Shown piece after piece: positions 1-9,622 of a stretch of DNA of 51,721 nucleotides (position 1 is its first letter; each line of letters begins with the position of its first letter). Position numbers and translations under genes: made by a program. Below the pieces are notes generated by a model. The model had not been told where the DNA came from. It made no database searches and saw nothing but the letters and a program-made list of their open reading frames with translations. The stretch is from an uncultured Alphaproteobacteria bacterium (GTDB taxonomy: Bacteria > Pseudomonadota > Alphaproteobacteria > HIMB59 > GCA-002718135), in the NCBI GenBank assembly GCA_902518985.1, contig CABYIF010000004.1:1-51721 (forward strand). The letters are read 5' to 3'.

Positions 1-602
1 GTGACAAAGGTTTTTACGCAAGAGATGAATTAAATACTCTCAATAAGTTTGATTCACATTTTATTGGTCATCCAACTAGAAAGGTCAAAGGAATAGAACA
101 TAATACAGGTGCTTTAGGTCACGGATTATCAGTAGCAGTAGGAATGGCAATAGGTCTAAAGCTAGATGAAAAACCACATAAAGTATTTACTCTTTTAGGT
201 GATGGTGAGCTCAGTGAAGGCTCAATATGGGAAGGATTAATGTCAGCTAATAAATACCAATTAGATAATTTAATTATTATTATTGATAGAAATAGACTTC
301 AAATTACTGGAAAGACTGAAGATGTAAATCCTACAGAACCACTAAAAGAAAAATTTTTGTCATTTGGTATGTCTGTTCGAGAAGTTGATGGAAATTCTGT
401 TGAACAATTACAAGATATTTTTAGAAAAATACCTTTTGAAGAAAAAAAACCAAATCTTATTATTGCTAATACTGTTAAAGGAAAAGGTATAAGTTTTATT
501 GAAAACCAAGTTATATGGCATCATAAGGTTCCTACCAAAAATGAATTTCAAGCCGCTCAAAAAGAATTAGATAATGAAAAATTAAGTTTAGAAAATGATT
601 GA
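1..602 (+). CDS. aptA: Transketolase N-terminal (ThDP-binding) subunit, 5' truncated by window edge; probable apulose-4-phosphate transketolase subunit A
   Basis: Frame is open from base 3 (DKGFY...GHPTRKVKGIEHNTGALGHGLSVAVG) into the ORF; GDGELSEG...NRLQ ThDP motif; sits next to the C-terminal subunit, an FGGY kinase and an ApsI-like isomerase. Confidence 0.8.
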   Translation, partial: DKGFYARDELNTLNKFDSHFIGHPTRKVKGIEHNTGALGHGLSVAVGMAIGLKLDEKPHKVFTLLGDGELSEGSIWEGLMSANKYQLDNLIIIIDRNRLQITGKTEDVNPTEPLKEKFLSFGMSVREVDGNSVEQLQDIFRKIPFEEKKPNLIIANTVKGKGISFIENQVIWHHKVPTKNEFQAAQKELDNEKLSLEND

Positions 603-1527
603 AAAAGCTAACTTAGAAATATTTGCAGAAACTTTACTTGATCTAGCAAGAAATGATAAAGATATCATTGTTGTTACAAGTGATTCTAGGGGATCAGGTA
701 AATTAACAAACTTTGGAAAAGAACTTCCAGATCAAATTATTGAAGTTGGAATTGCTGAACAAAATTTAGTTGCAATTTGTGCAGGTCTATCAGCTGTTGG
801 AAAAAAAGTATTTGGAGTATCTCCTTCTAGTTTTTTGACTGCAAGAGCTTTAGAACAAATTAAAAATGACATTGCTTACTCTAATCATCCTGTTACACTT
901 GTTGGGATTAGTTCTGGTGTTAGCTACGGTCAACTTGGATCTACACACCACTCCATTCATGACATTGCTGTATTGAGAGCAATTAACAATTTAAATATTG
1001 TTATCCCTTGTGATAATTTTGAAACAAAAAAAACAATTCAATCGGCAGTAAATTTTGATGAACCATTATTTATAAGATTTGGAAAAAAACCAATGTTAAA
1101 AATACATAATGATAATCAATTATTTAAAATAGGCAAGGGTATCAGAATTAAAGAGGGTAAAGATATAGTGTTTATTGCAACGGGCGAGACTGTTCAAAGA
1201 GCATATCAGGCAATAGAAATACTTCAAAAAGATAATTTTGATTGCACACTAATTAGTATGCACACTATTAGACCTTTTGATGAGAGTCTTTTTTTAGAGT
1301 CTATAAAACATACCAAAGGTATTATAGCAATAGAAGAACATAGTGAAAGTGGAGGTTTGGGAGAAAAATGTGCAAGTATTTTAGCTCAAAAAAAAATAAT
1401 GACGAACTTCAAAATTATTGGTTTTCCAGATGAATATATGGTCAATGGTTCACAAAGTGATGTTCTTGATCATTATAATATGGCGCCTAAAAAATTAGCA
1501 GAAATTGCAAAGAAACTAATAAGTTAA
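595..1527 (+). CDS. aptB: Transketolase C-terminal subunit; probable apulose-4-phosphate transketolase subunit B
   Basis: EVGIAEQN, RALEQIKND and GSTHHS motifs; overlaps the upstream subunit. Confidence 0.8.
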   Translation: MIEKANLEIFAETLLDLARNDKDIIVVTSDSRGSGKLTNFGKELPDQIIEVGIAEQNLVAICAGLSAVGKKVFGVSPSSFLTARALEQIKNDIAYSNHPVTLVGISSGVSYGQLGSTHHSIHDIAVLRAINNLNIVIPCDNFETKKTIQSAVNFDEPLFIRFGKKPMLKIHNDNQLFKIGKGIRIKEGKDIVFIATGETVQRAYQAIEILQKDNFDCTLISMHTIRPFDESLFLESIKHTKGIIAIEEHSESGGLGEKCASILAQKKIMTNFKIIGFPDEYMVNGSQSDVLDHYNMAPKKLAEIAKKLIS

Positions 1528-2993
1528 TGTATTTATCACTTGATCAAAGTACTTCATCTACCACGATTTTTTTATATAATAAAAAATTTAAACTTTTAAC
1601 TAAGCTTTCTAAATCACATAAACAGATTCAAAAATCCAGAGGTTATGTAGAGCATGATGCTAATGAAATAATGAAAAATATATTTTTTTTAGTAAAAAAA
1701 ATTTCTAAAAAAATTAAATATAATAAGGATTTATTTTTAAGCATTACTAACCAAAGGGAAACCTTTGTAATATTTGACAAAAAATCAGGTAAACCTCTCC
1801 ATAATGCAATTGTTTGGCAATGTAGAAGAGGTCAAAAAGTTTGTGATAAAATAAATAAATCAATAAAAAACAAAAATTTAATAAAGAAAAAAACAGGTCT
1901 TACTTTAGACACTTATTTTCCTGCTTCAAAATTAATAGAATTATTAAATTCAAATAAAAAAATTAAAGAAAAATTAAAAAATGGCTCAGCTTTATTTGGA
2001 ACAATTGATACCTTCCTCATTTATCAGTTAACCAATCTAAAAAAATATTCAACTGACTTTACAAATGCGTCCAGAACTCTTTTTTTTGATAATGGGTCAC
2101 TGGTTTGGAGTAAAGAACTTTTAAAATTATTTAAATTAAACTTAGAAAGTCTTCCAGAGGTGAGAGAAAGCTCATCAATATTTGGATACACAAATTTTAA
2201 TGGGATATTAAATAAGAATATTCCTATTTCAGGAGTAATAGGAGATTCACAAGCTTCAATTTTTGCAAATCAATGTTTTAATAAGGGCAATACTAAAATT
2301 ACTTTAGGTACAGGTGCCTCCATCTTAACAAATATAGGCCAGTCATTTGAACATAATAATAATATTATCACTACACTTTCTTATGTTTACAGAAATAAAC
2401 CATTATATTCTTATGAGTGTCTAATTAACTATGCTGGAGCTACAATAAGTTGGCTTAAAAATAATTTAAAAATTATAAGTAATGAGAAAGAGACTAATCA
2501 AGTATTTGTTAATACTAAAAATACTGAAGGTTTAGTTTTTGTTCCAGCTTTTGTTGGTTTGAGCTCTCCTCATTGGAAGCCTAATAGTAAGGCATTGATA
2601 TATGGATTAACACCTTCTATTAACAAGAATCATATAATAAGAGCAGCTCTTGAGTCTATAGCATTTCAAATTAAAGATTATCTAGATGATTTAGAGGTTA
2701 ACAATAAAATAAAATATAATGATATTTTTATTGATGGAGGTATAGTTTCTAATACTTCATTTATTCAGTTCTTAACTAATACTTTAAATAAAAAAATATA
2801 TGTAACTAATTATCAAGATATGTCTTCCTATGGAGCATTAATGATGGGTTTATTAGGTATGAAAATTAAAAAAAATTTCAAAGAAATGGCAGCACTAAAA
2901 CAAAAATATTTAGTTTATACTCCATCAAAAAATAATTCAGCAAACAAAAGTTATGAAAAGTGGAAACTAGTTTTAAAAAAATTTTATTTTTAA
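1527..2993 (+). CDS. aplK: FGGY (glycerol kinase-like) carbohydrate kinase; probable D-apulose kinase
   Basis: DQSTSST, ITNQRET, IVWQCRR, NASRT, GDSQA, RAALESIAFQ; start overlaps the aptB stop; substrate inferred from context. Confidence 0.7.
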   Translation: MYLSLDQSTSSTTIFLYNKKFKLLTKLSKSHKQIQKSRGYVEHDANEIMKNIFFLVKKISKKIKYNKDLFLSITNQRETFVIFDKKSGKPLHNAIVWQCRRGQKVCDKINKSIKNKNLIKKKTGLTLDTYFPASKLIELLNSNKKIKEKLKNGSALFGTIDTFLIYQLTNLKKYSTDFTNASRTLFFDNGSLVWSKELLKLFKLNLESLPEVRESSSIFGYTNFNGILNKNIPISGVIGDSQASIFANQCFNKGNTKITLGTGASILTNIGQSFEHNNNIITTLSYVYRNKPLYSYECLINYAGATISWLKNNLKIISNEKETNQVFVNTKNTEGLVFVPAFVGLSSPHWKPNSKALIYGLTPSINKNHIIRAALESIAFQIKDYLDDLEVNNKIKYNDIFIDGGIVSNTSFIQFLTNTLNKKIYVTNYQDMSSYGALMMGLLGMKIKKNFKEMAALKQKYLVYTPSKNNSANKSYEKWKLVLKKFYF

Positions 2994-2996
2994 AAT

Positions 2997-3974
2997 CTAT
3001 AAAAATTTATAAAGTGATTTCTGTGCAATTTTTAATGCAGTCATTGCATCATGATTAGATTGAGCTTCTTCAAGCGCTTTCATATCTAAATCATCCAAAG
3101 CCTTTTCTATTGATTTTAAGAAGTCAATTGCCTGATTAGCCATCTGTACACTATCTTCTCTAAATGGAAACTGATCAAGTTGCCAAACACCTTCCCAATT
3201 ATTCTTTTTTAAAACATAAAAAAATTCAAATATTTCTATAGGATGCAAGCTACCAGCAATTAGATCGTCATCCCAAGATCTGTAATTGTCATTAACATCC
3301 ATTCCAAATAAGCGACCATAATCTATAGCTAATTGAGCAGAGTCAGCAGCTGACTCACCGCCATAAATGGCATGTCCAAAATCAAGCAATATCCCAATAT
3401 TTGGAAGTCCAATTTTTTCTATACCTAATAAAGTTCTAGAAACAGAGTCATAACTCATTTTAACTCTAGGCTCACGTGGCTTATATTCGATTACAAATTT
3501 TAGATCTGGATTTTCACTTGCTAGTCTTGCAACTCCATCCATTGAATTTTTCCATAATGTTCTGTGATCGACTTGAAAAGGATAATCCCATCCATCTTGA
3601 CCTGGCCACAACTTAACATAAGCTGCATTAAAAAACCGCACGGCATCACAAGCCTGTGTAATAAGTTCATGAGCTCTATTACGAACGCCAGGGTCAGGAT
3701 TTGTAAAAGCCCCTTTTCTAAATTCTTTAGTATAAATCTCTGGAGTAATTCCAATAACTTCTAAATTAACTTTATCTAGCTCATCCTTTATTTCTTGATT
3801 TGAAAAGGAGCCACCAAAATAAGGAAAATTAATATCTACAACTGAGAGATCCTTAACCTGACCTGCTAATTTAATAGCATCCAAGACACTTCTAGGTTCG
3901 CCGTAGCCTTCAGTATTATATCTATCAACGTATGTAGCAAAATGCCAAATACCCGCTCCAAATTTCTGAGTCAT
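2997..3974 (-). CDS. apsI: Xylose-isomerase-like TIM barrel; probable D-apiose isomerase
   Basis: [62 protein letters not shown] match the ApsI family as I recall it; context agrees. Confidence 0.8.
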   Translation of the reverse strand: MTQKFGAGIWHFATYVDRYNTEGYGEPRSVLDAIKLAGQVKDLSVVDINFPYFGGSFSNQEIKDELDKVNLEVIGITPEIYTKEFRKGAFTNPDPGVRNRAHELITQACDAVRFFNAAYVKLWPGQDGWDYPFQVDHRTLWKNSMDGVARLASENPDLKFVIEYKPREPRVKMSYDSVSRTLLGIEKIGLPNIGILLDFGHAIYGGESAADSAQLAIDYGRLFGMDVNDNYRSWDDDLIAGSLHPIEIFEFFYVLKKNNWEGVWQLDQFPFREDSVQMANQAIDFLKSIEKALDDLDMKALEEAQSNHDAMTALKIAQKSLYKFL

Positions 3975-4084
3975 ATATTTTCATACCATAATCTGAAAAT
4001 AGTAGAAATCAAAACGATAATTTCTTTTTCCTGATTTTAGCTTCCATTTATCGAGATGGCACTTAAAAACTGCAAATTGACGCA

Positions 4085-4142
4085 ATTGATACTTATATCA
4101 ATAATTTTTTTAGGTTGTTTCAAATTTGACCTTGATTTGAAA
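4085..4142. promoter_or_regulatory. Two inverted repeats in the divergent apsI / binding-protein promoter region (candidate operators)
   Basis: ATTGATA-ctta-TATCAAT (4085-4102) and TTTCAAAT-N9-ATTTGAAA (4118-4142); AT-rich, so chance is possible. Confidence 0.35.
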
Positions 4143-4192
4143 ACTTGCCCATATTAACGTCCCTCATCTAATAATTATTAGGAGGATATAAT

Positions 4193-5101
4193 ATGAAAAA
4201 ACTTCTTATGACAGTTGTAGCAATCGTATTTGCTACAAGTGCAGCCTTTGCTGAAAGATACGTTATGGTAACTCACGGTGAAGGTAAAGATCCTTTCTGG
4301 CCAGTTGTGCAAAAGGGTGGTGAAGATGCAGCTAGAGCAATCGGTGCTGATTTCGAATACATCTACAACCCTTCAGCTGATATGGCAGATATGGCAAGTT
4401 CAATTCAAGCTGCTGCTGCGACTCAGCCAGACGGTATGGTAATTTCACTACCTGATCCAGATGCGTTAGGCCCTGCAATTAAAGCTGCTGTTGCCGCTGG
4501 TGTACCAGTTGTAACTATGAACTCAGGTCTTGAAAACTCAGCTGCTTTAGGTGCTTTAATGCACGTTGGTCAGCCTGAGTATCTTGCTGGTCAAAAAGCT
4601 GGTGCTAGAGCTGCTTCTGAAGGAGCTACTAAAGCACTATGTATGATTCAAGAAGCATACAATACTGCTCTTGTTGATAGATGTGAAGGTTATGGAGAAG
4701 CTGTTCCAATGGAATTTACAGATACTACTTCTGACCCAGCAACTATCGTAACTCGTGCAACTGCTGCTTTACAAGCTAACCCAGACGTTGATGCAGTTCT
4801 ATCAGTAGGACCTCACGTTTGTGAAGGTGTTGCAAAAGCAATGGATGATCTTGGTATGAGTGGTATTCACCACGCATGTTTCGATTTAAGCCCAGGTGTT
4901 ATGGACTTAATCGGAGCTGGTAAAGTTTCATTTACTATTGACCAACAACAAAGACTACAAGGCTATATGCCAATTATAGTTCTACACTTATACAATAACA
5001 GTGCAGGATTATTACCAGGTGCAAATATTCCATCTGGACCAGGATTTGTTGATAAGTCTAATGCTGCTTCAGTTTCAGCGTTAGCTGGTATCGATAGATA
5101 A
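4193..5101 (+). CDS. Sugar/polyol ABC transporter periplasmic binding protein (CUT2, RbsB-like fold)
   Basis: Signal peptide ending AAFA, VTHGEGKDPFW, TIDQQQRLQGY; strong SD AGGAGG at 4180-4185; biased codon use (GCT, GGT, AAC, TTC) suggesting high expression. Confidence 0.92.
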   Translation: MKKLLMTVVAIVFATSAAFAERYVMVTHGEGKDPFWPVVQKGGEDAARAIGADFEYIYNPSADMADMASSIQAAAATQPDGMVISLPDPDALGPAIKAAVAAGVPVVTMNSGLENSAALGALMHVGQPEYLAGQKAGARAASEGATKALCMIQEAYNTALVDRCEGYGEAVPMEFTDTTSDPATIVTRATAALQANPDVDAVLSVGPHVCEGVAKAMDDLGMSGIHHACFDLSPGVMDLIGAGKVSFTIDQQQRLQGYMPIIVLHLYNNSAGLLPGANIPSGPGFVDKSNAASVSALAGIDR

Positions 5102-5112
5102 CAATTAATTTT

Positions 5113-5138
5113 AAGCCGCCTTCGGGCGGCTTTTTTTT
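5113..5138 (+). terminator. Intrinsic terminator between binding protein and permease
   Basis: AAGCCGCC-TTCG-GGCGGC followed by T8. Confidence 0.9.
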
Positions 5139-5146
5139 ACAATATT

Positions 5147-6739
5147 ATGAATTCTAACGCACAACCTCAAAGAAAAGAATCAGATAGGCTAAAACCTAAA
5201 AGATGGTACTCAGCATTTTTTGCAAGACCAGAAGTTGGACCTTTGGGTGTTATGCTTTTACTTTTTGCAATGCTAGGTTATTTTTCAATCCCGCAAGGAG
5301 AGTTTTCATTAAATCCATTTGCTGGTGAAGGTTTTAATGCACTTGGAATTAGGAATAACTTTAGGGTTATTTCACAGTTAGGTATTGTTGCACTTGGAGC
5401 TGGTATGCTCATTATAGCAGGTGAATTTGATCTTAGTGTTGGTTCAATGATTGGTTTTGCTGGAGGAGCAATGGCGATGATACTTAAATGGGGATTTGCT
5501 GTTGTTATACCTTACATATCATTTGAAGGCAGTTTTCATTTAGAAGGTATAAAATTATTTGAAATAACAAATGTTTCTCCCTTAACAGCGCTTTTAATTA
5601 CTTTAGTAATGACTCTTTCTTTTGGATGGTTTCAAGGCTTTATAATAGTTAAAAGCGGAATCGCTTCTTTTATTGTTACCTTAGGAGGTTTATTTTTCCT
5701 AAGAGGTCTTACAGAAGTTACATATCGAGCCTTTAATAAAAAACCTGATCAAACAGCTGGGTCTACAACAGTGACCGATCTTCCAGATATAAAAAATATC
5801 ATCAATGTTCCTGGTCATGGAGAAATGGAAAGGGATGCTGCAAAAGCTTTGTCAAATGAAGAACTATTAGAAATTTTAAAAACAGCTCCAGAAAAAACAA
5901 TTAATAAACTTACAGAACAACTAACATACATTAACGAAAAAGTTGCGGTTACTAAAACACTTTTACAAAAACAAAAGATGGTAGATACAATGCAAAATAC
6001 TTTAGATAACGCTATAAAGTCAGGAAACGAATCAATGGTTGAAGCAATTCAGAAAAAAATTGATGCAGGTATTCAAGTACCAGAAATAGCAGCTAAAGCA
6101 GTAACAGATTTAGATTTAGCTAGAGAGTATTTAGATTCTTTTATCACTGCAAGACCAGTGGCTAATTTCTTTGGTGGAGATATTATGGAACCTTTCTTTG
6201 ATTGGTTATACTTTACCGCCGATTGGAATGTAAATATGTTTGGTAACAAGTTTGCACCTGGACTTTATTCTTGTGTGATGATTTGGGTGTTATTAGCAAT
6301 AATATGTTATTTTGTATTAAGTAAAACTCAAGTAGGTAACTGGATCTATTCCACAGGTGGTAACTTATCTGCTGCACAAGCAAATGGTGTGCCAACCAAT
6401 AAAGTTAAAATAGGACTGTTTATGTTTACTGCTTTTTGTGCAACAATGTTTGCAGCGTGTCAGGTATTCGAAGTCAATACAGCTGATACAGCTAAAGGAA
6501 ATCTAAAAGAATTAGAAGCTATCGCAGCAGCAGTAATTGGAGGAGTTGTTTTAACTGGGGGGTTTGGAACTATTTTAGGAATCATGTTAGGTGCTGTTAT
6601 TTTTGGAATTGCAAAGGAAGCTTTCTTTTATATACCTGGTGTTGATGGATCATTTTATAGAGTATTCTTAGGCGCAGTATTAGTTGTTGCAGCACTTACA
6701 AATGAAAATATAAGAAAAAGAATAATGGGAAGTATTTGA
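5147..6739 (+). CDS. Sugar ABC transporter permease (BPD_transp_2/RbsC family) with a large soluble insertion
   Basis: GEFDLSVGS, ASFIVTLG, GGNLSAAQANGV, ELEAIAAAVIGG; 530 aa. Confidence 0.92.
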   Translation: MNSNAQPQRKESDRLKPKRWYSAFFARPEVGPLGVMLLLFAMLGYFSIPQGEFSLNPFAGEGFNALGIRNNFRVISQLGIVALGAGMLIIAGEFDLSVGSMIGFAGGAMAMILKWGFAVVIPYISFEGSFHLEGIKLFEITNVSPLTALLITLVMTLSFGWFQGFIIVKSGIASFIVTLGGLFFLRGLTEVTYRAFNKKPDQTAGSTTVTDLPDIKNIINVPGHGEMERDAAKALSNEELLEILKTAPEKTINKLTEQLTYINEKVAVTKTLLQKQKMVDTMQNTLDNAIKSGNESMVEAIQKKIDAGIQVPEIAAKAVTDLDLAREYLDSFITARPVANFFGGDIMEPFFDWLYFTADWNVNMFGNKFAPGLYSCVMIWVLLAIICYFVLSKTQVGNWIYSTGGNLSAAQANGVPTNKVKIGLFMFTAFCATMFAACQVFEVNTADTAKGNLKELEAIAAAVIGGVVLTGGFGTILGIMLGAVIFGIAKEAFFYIPGVDGSFYRVFLGAVLVVAALTNENIRKRIMGSI

Positions 6740-7521
6740 TGGATAAAAAGCCTTTAATTGAAATCAAAGATCTAGTTAAAAAATTTGGAAGCTTTACTGC
6801 TCTAAATGGAGTCTCTTTAGACGTATTCCCAGGAGAAGTTCATGCCTTGCTCGGTGATAATGGTGCCGGTAAGTCAACATTAATAAAAGTTTTATCTGGA
6901 GTTCATACTGCTACAAATGGTGAAATAAAGGTTGATGGAGAGATAGTAAAGTTTGCTTCACCAAGACAAGCATCTGATGCCGGAATCGGAACAGTTTATC
7001 AGGATCTCGCTTTAAATAATTTAACATCTGTTACATTAAATTTTTTCTTAGGTAGAGAATTAAAAAAAGGACCTGGTCCTTTTGGTCTTATGCAAATGGA
7101 CGAAATGCATAAGATAACTATTGAAGAAATGTCTAAGATTGGAATTAATATTGCTGATCCAAATCAAAAGGTTGGAACAATGTCTGGAGGTCAAAGGCAA
7201 ACTTTAGCAATTGCACGTGCAATTTATTTTGGGGCAAAAATATTAATCCTTGATGAGCCAACTTCAGCTCTTGGTCAAAAACAACAAATGGAAGTTCTAA
7301 AAACAATTAAAAAGGTTCAACGACTAGGTAATATTGCCATTATTCTTATCACACATAACGAAATTCATGCACGACTTATTGCAGACCGTTATACCTTCTT
7401 AAGTTTGGGTGAAGTTATTGGAAATGGTTTAGCGAGTGAGCTTGGTGGAGAAGATGTAAAAAGATTAATGGCAGGTGGCGCAGAAATAGGCGACCTTGCA
7501 AAGGAGTTAGATCTAAAATAG
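6739..7521 (+). CDS. Sugar ABC transporter ATP-binding protein (single domain)
   Basis: GDNGAGKST Walker A, MSGGQRQ signature, ILDEPT Walker B; ATG at 6739 overlaps the permease TGA. Confidence 0.93.
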   Translation: MDKKPLIEIKDLVKKFGSFTALNGVSLDVFPGEVHALLGDNGAGKSTLIKVLSGVHTATNGEIKVDGEIVKFASPRQASDAGIGTVYQDLALNNLTSVTLNFFLGRELKKGPGPFGLMQMDEMHKITIEEMSKIGINIADPNQKVGTMSGGQRQTLAIARAIYFGAKILILDEPTSALGQKQQMEVLKTIKKVQRLGNIAIILITHNEIHARLIADRYTFLSLGEVIGNGLASELGGEDVKRLMAGGAEIGDLAKELDLK

Positions 7522-7566
7522 ATCATACCATTTGACTATATCTATGTTTTTTGATTAATTAATTGG

Positions 7567-8415
7567 ATGTTATTAGCTAAGAATGACGATTATAATAAAC
7601 AAGACGTTCTAAATGAACTTTTAAAAGGTAGTGGTGTCGTTGTAATTAAAGATGTTTATAGTTCTGAAGATATTGAAATAACAAGAAATATTATTAATGA
7701 ATTTGCTTCTACACAAGAGCAAAAAGAATCTCATTTTAATGCTGAAGCAGAAGCCTCAGGTAAAATTCACTTACAGCAAAGAGTATGGAACCTTTTTGGA
7801 AAGGGAGCGATTTTTGGAAAACTAATCTCTAGCGATGTTATATTTGATATAATGTCTTCTTTTTTAGGAAATGAATTTACTTGCGGATCTTATTGCGCAA
7901 GTAGATTGATGCCAGGAGCACCTGGTCAGGAATTACACATAGATTATCCTTATTGGGATTATTATAAAAAAGATACATTTCCAATGGGATTGAATAGTTC
8001 TTTCCCTCAAAATTGTCAGGCCACAATTCCCTTAGATGTTTGCTCTGAATTATCAGGTGCAACCGCTTATGTTCCAGGATCTCAAAAAAAACTTCATTAT
8101 CCTAATGATAAAGATGATTTTTCTGATCAAAAACAAATGACAGCAAATCCTGGTGATTTAGTTTTATTTAATGGTAACTGTTGGCATGGTGCATCACCAA
8201 ATAATTCTGATCATCAAAGAGCTGTTTTGCTAATAGAATTTCTTCCTAAATATATTAAACCAGTAGAGGATCTTGTAACTTATCTTGATGATAATTTTAA
8301 AAAAAACTGTCCTGATAGAGTCAAACAACTTTTAGGATTAAATTATAAATATCCAAAAATCATGGATGTAAGTAAGACTGTAAATGATATTGGATTAGGC
8401 TATAAAGCCAAATAA
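7567..8415 (+). CDS. PhyH-family 2-oxoglutarate/Fe(II) dioxygenase
   Basis: HID (HxD) motif, GATAYVPGS, distal WHGA and downstream Arg. Confidence 0.85.
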   Translation: MLLAKNDDYNKQDVLNELLKGSGVVVIKDVYSSEDIEITRNIINEFASTQEQKESHFNAEAEASGKIHLQQRVWNLFGKGAIFGKLISSDVIFDIMSSFLGNEFTCGSYCASRLMPGAPGQELHIDYPYWDYYKKDTFPMGLNSSFPQNCQATIPLDVCSELSGATAYVPGSQKKLHYPNDKDDFSDQKQMTANPGDLVLFNGNCWHGASPNNSDHQRAVLLIEFLPKYIKPVEDLVTYLDDNFKKNCPDRVKQLLGLNYKYPKIMDVSKTVNDIGLGYKAK

Positions 8416-8421
8416 ATTTCT

Positions 8422-9567
8422 ATGAAAAATATTGGTGTAATTGGATGCGGTAATATTCTTGAAACTTATTTGAGATCTCAAGAATATTTTAATAATATCA
8501 ATTTTGTGTCATGTTCAGATATTAATATGGAGTTAGCTAAAAAGACTGCTTCAGAAAATAATCTAAAAGCGCAAACAGTTGAAGAATTATTAAGTGATAA
8601 TTCAATAGATATAGTTTTAAACATTACAATTCCTCAAGCTCATTTTGAAGTATCCAAAAAAATATTAGAAGCAGGAAAGCATGTCTATTCAGAAAAACCC
8701 ATGAGCGTCAAATATGATCAAGCAAAAGAATTGCTTGAAATTTCTAATAGAAAAAATTTATATTTTGGTAATGCCCCAGATACTTTTCTTGGAGGTGGCG
8801 GTCAATTATCTAGAGAAATTATTGACTCAAATGAACTAGGAGAAATACTAACTGGTAACTTTATTTTTGCCTTTCCAGGCGTTCAAGATTTTCATCCAAA
8901 TCCTGAGTCTTGGTTCCAAGATGGTGGAGGGCCTTTAATTGATATGGGTCCTTATTTTTTTACAACACTTGTTAACCTATTAGGACCTGCTAAAAATATT
9001 AGAAGCAGAGGAGTTAAGTTTTCTAATAAAAGAGAATATAAAGCAGGACCAAAAAAAGGAAAATATTTTAATGTTGATATTCCTACTTCGTATATGTTTA
9101 ATTTAGAATTCCAGAATAAATCAATTATACAAGGTTTTATTTCTTTTGATGTTTTAAATCACAAAAGAAATCACGTTGAACTTTATGGCACAAAAGGATC
9201 AATCATTGTGCCTGACCCAAATATGTTTGGTGGTCCTGTAATGACATCTGGCCAGTTAGGTTCAGATTGGCTAGAACATAGTGTTGAATCTAAGCCTTTA
9301 GGTAAAACAAATATATTTAATAAAACTGTTAGAAGTAATGAGGCACCAAAGCAGTCTAATTACAGAGGTGTTGGATTGTCTGAAATGGTTGACTCCATTG
9401 AAAATCAAAGACAACAAAGATGCAATGGAGAACTTGCCTTACATGTTCTTGATATTATTGAAAGTGCCATGGTAGCTGCAAATGATAAAACAGAAGTAAA
9501 TATGAGATCAACTTGTAAAAAACCTCAGCCATTTAATGATAAAGAAATTATAAATTTGTTGAAATAA
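8422..9567 (+). CDS. Gfo/Idh/MocA family NAD(P)-dependent oxidoreductase
   Basis: GVIGCGNI, GKHVYSEKP, GGPLIDMGPY. Confidence 0.9.
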   Translation: MKNIGVIGCGNILETYLRSQEYFNNINFVSCSDINMELAKKTASENNLKAQTVEELLSDNSIDIVLNITIPQAHFEVSKKILEAGKHVYSEKPMSVKYDQAKELLEISNRKNLYFGNAPDTFLGGGGQLSREIIDSNELGEILTGNFIFAFPGVQDFHPNPESWFQDGGGPLIDMGPYFFTTLVNLLGPAKNIRSRGVKFSNKREYKAGPKKGKYFNVDIPTSYMFNLEFQNKSIIQGFISFDVLNHKRNHVELYGTKGSIIVPDPNMFGGPVMTSGQLGSDWLEHSVESKPLGKTNIFNKTVRSNEAPKQSNYRGVGLSEMVDSIENQRQQRCNGELALHVLDIIESAMVAANDKTEVNMRSTCKKPQPFNDKEIINLLK

Positions 9568-9622
9568 ATTTTTATATTATTATATTTTAGTCAATTAATT
9601 TAATAAGAAAATACTTTATATT

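Noticed and set aside
1527-2993. Canonical glycerol kinase glpK
   Set aside because: No glpD/glpF context; coupled to a split transketolase and next to an ApsI-like gene
4057-4074. Sigma-54-like TGGCAC...CTGCA upstream of the binding protein
   Set aside because: GG-to-GC spacing is 12 nt rather than 10
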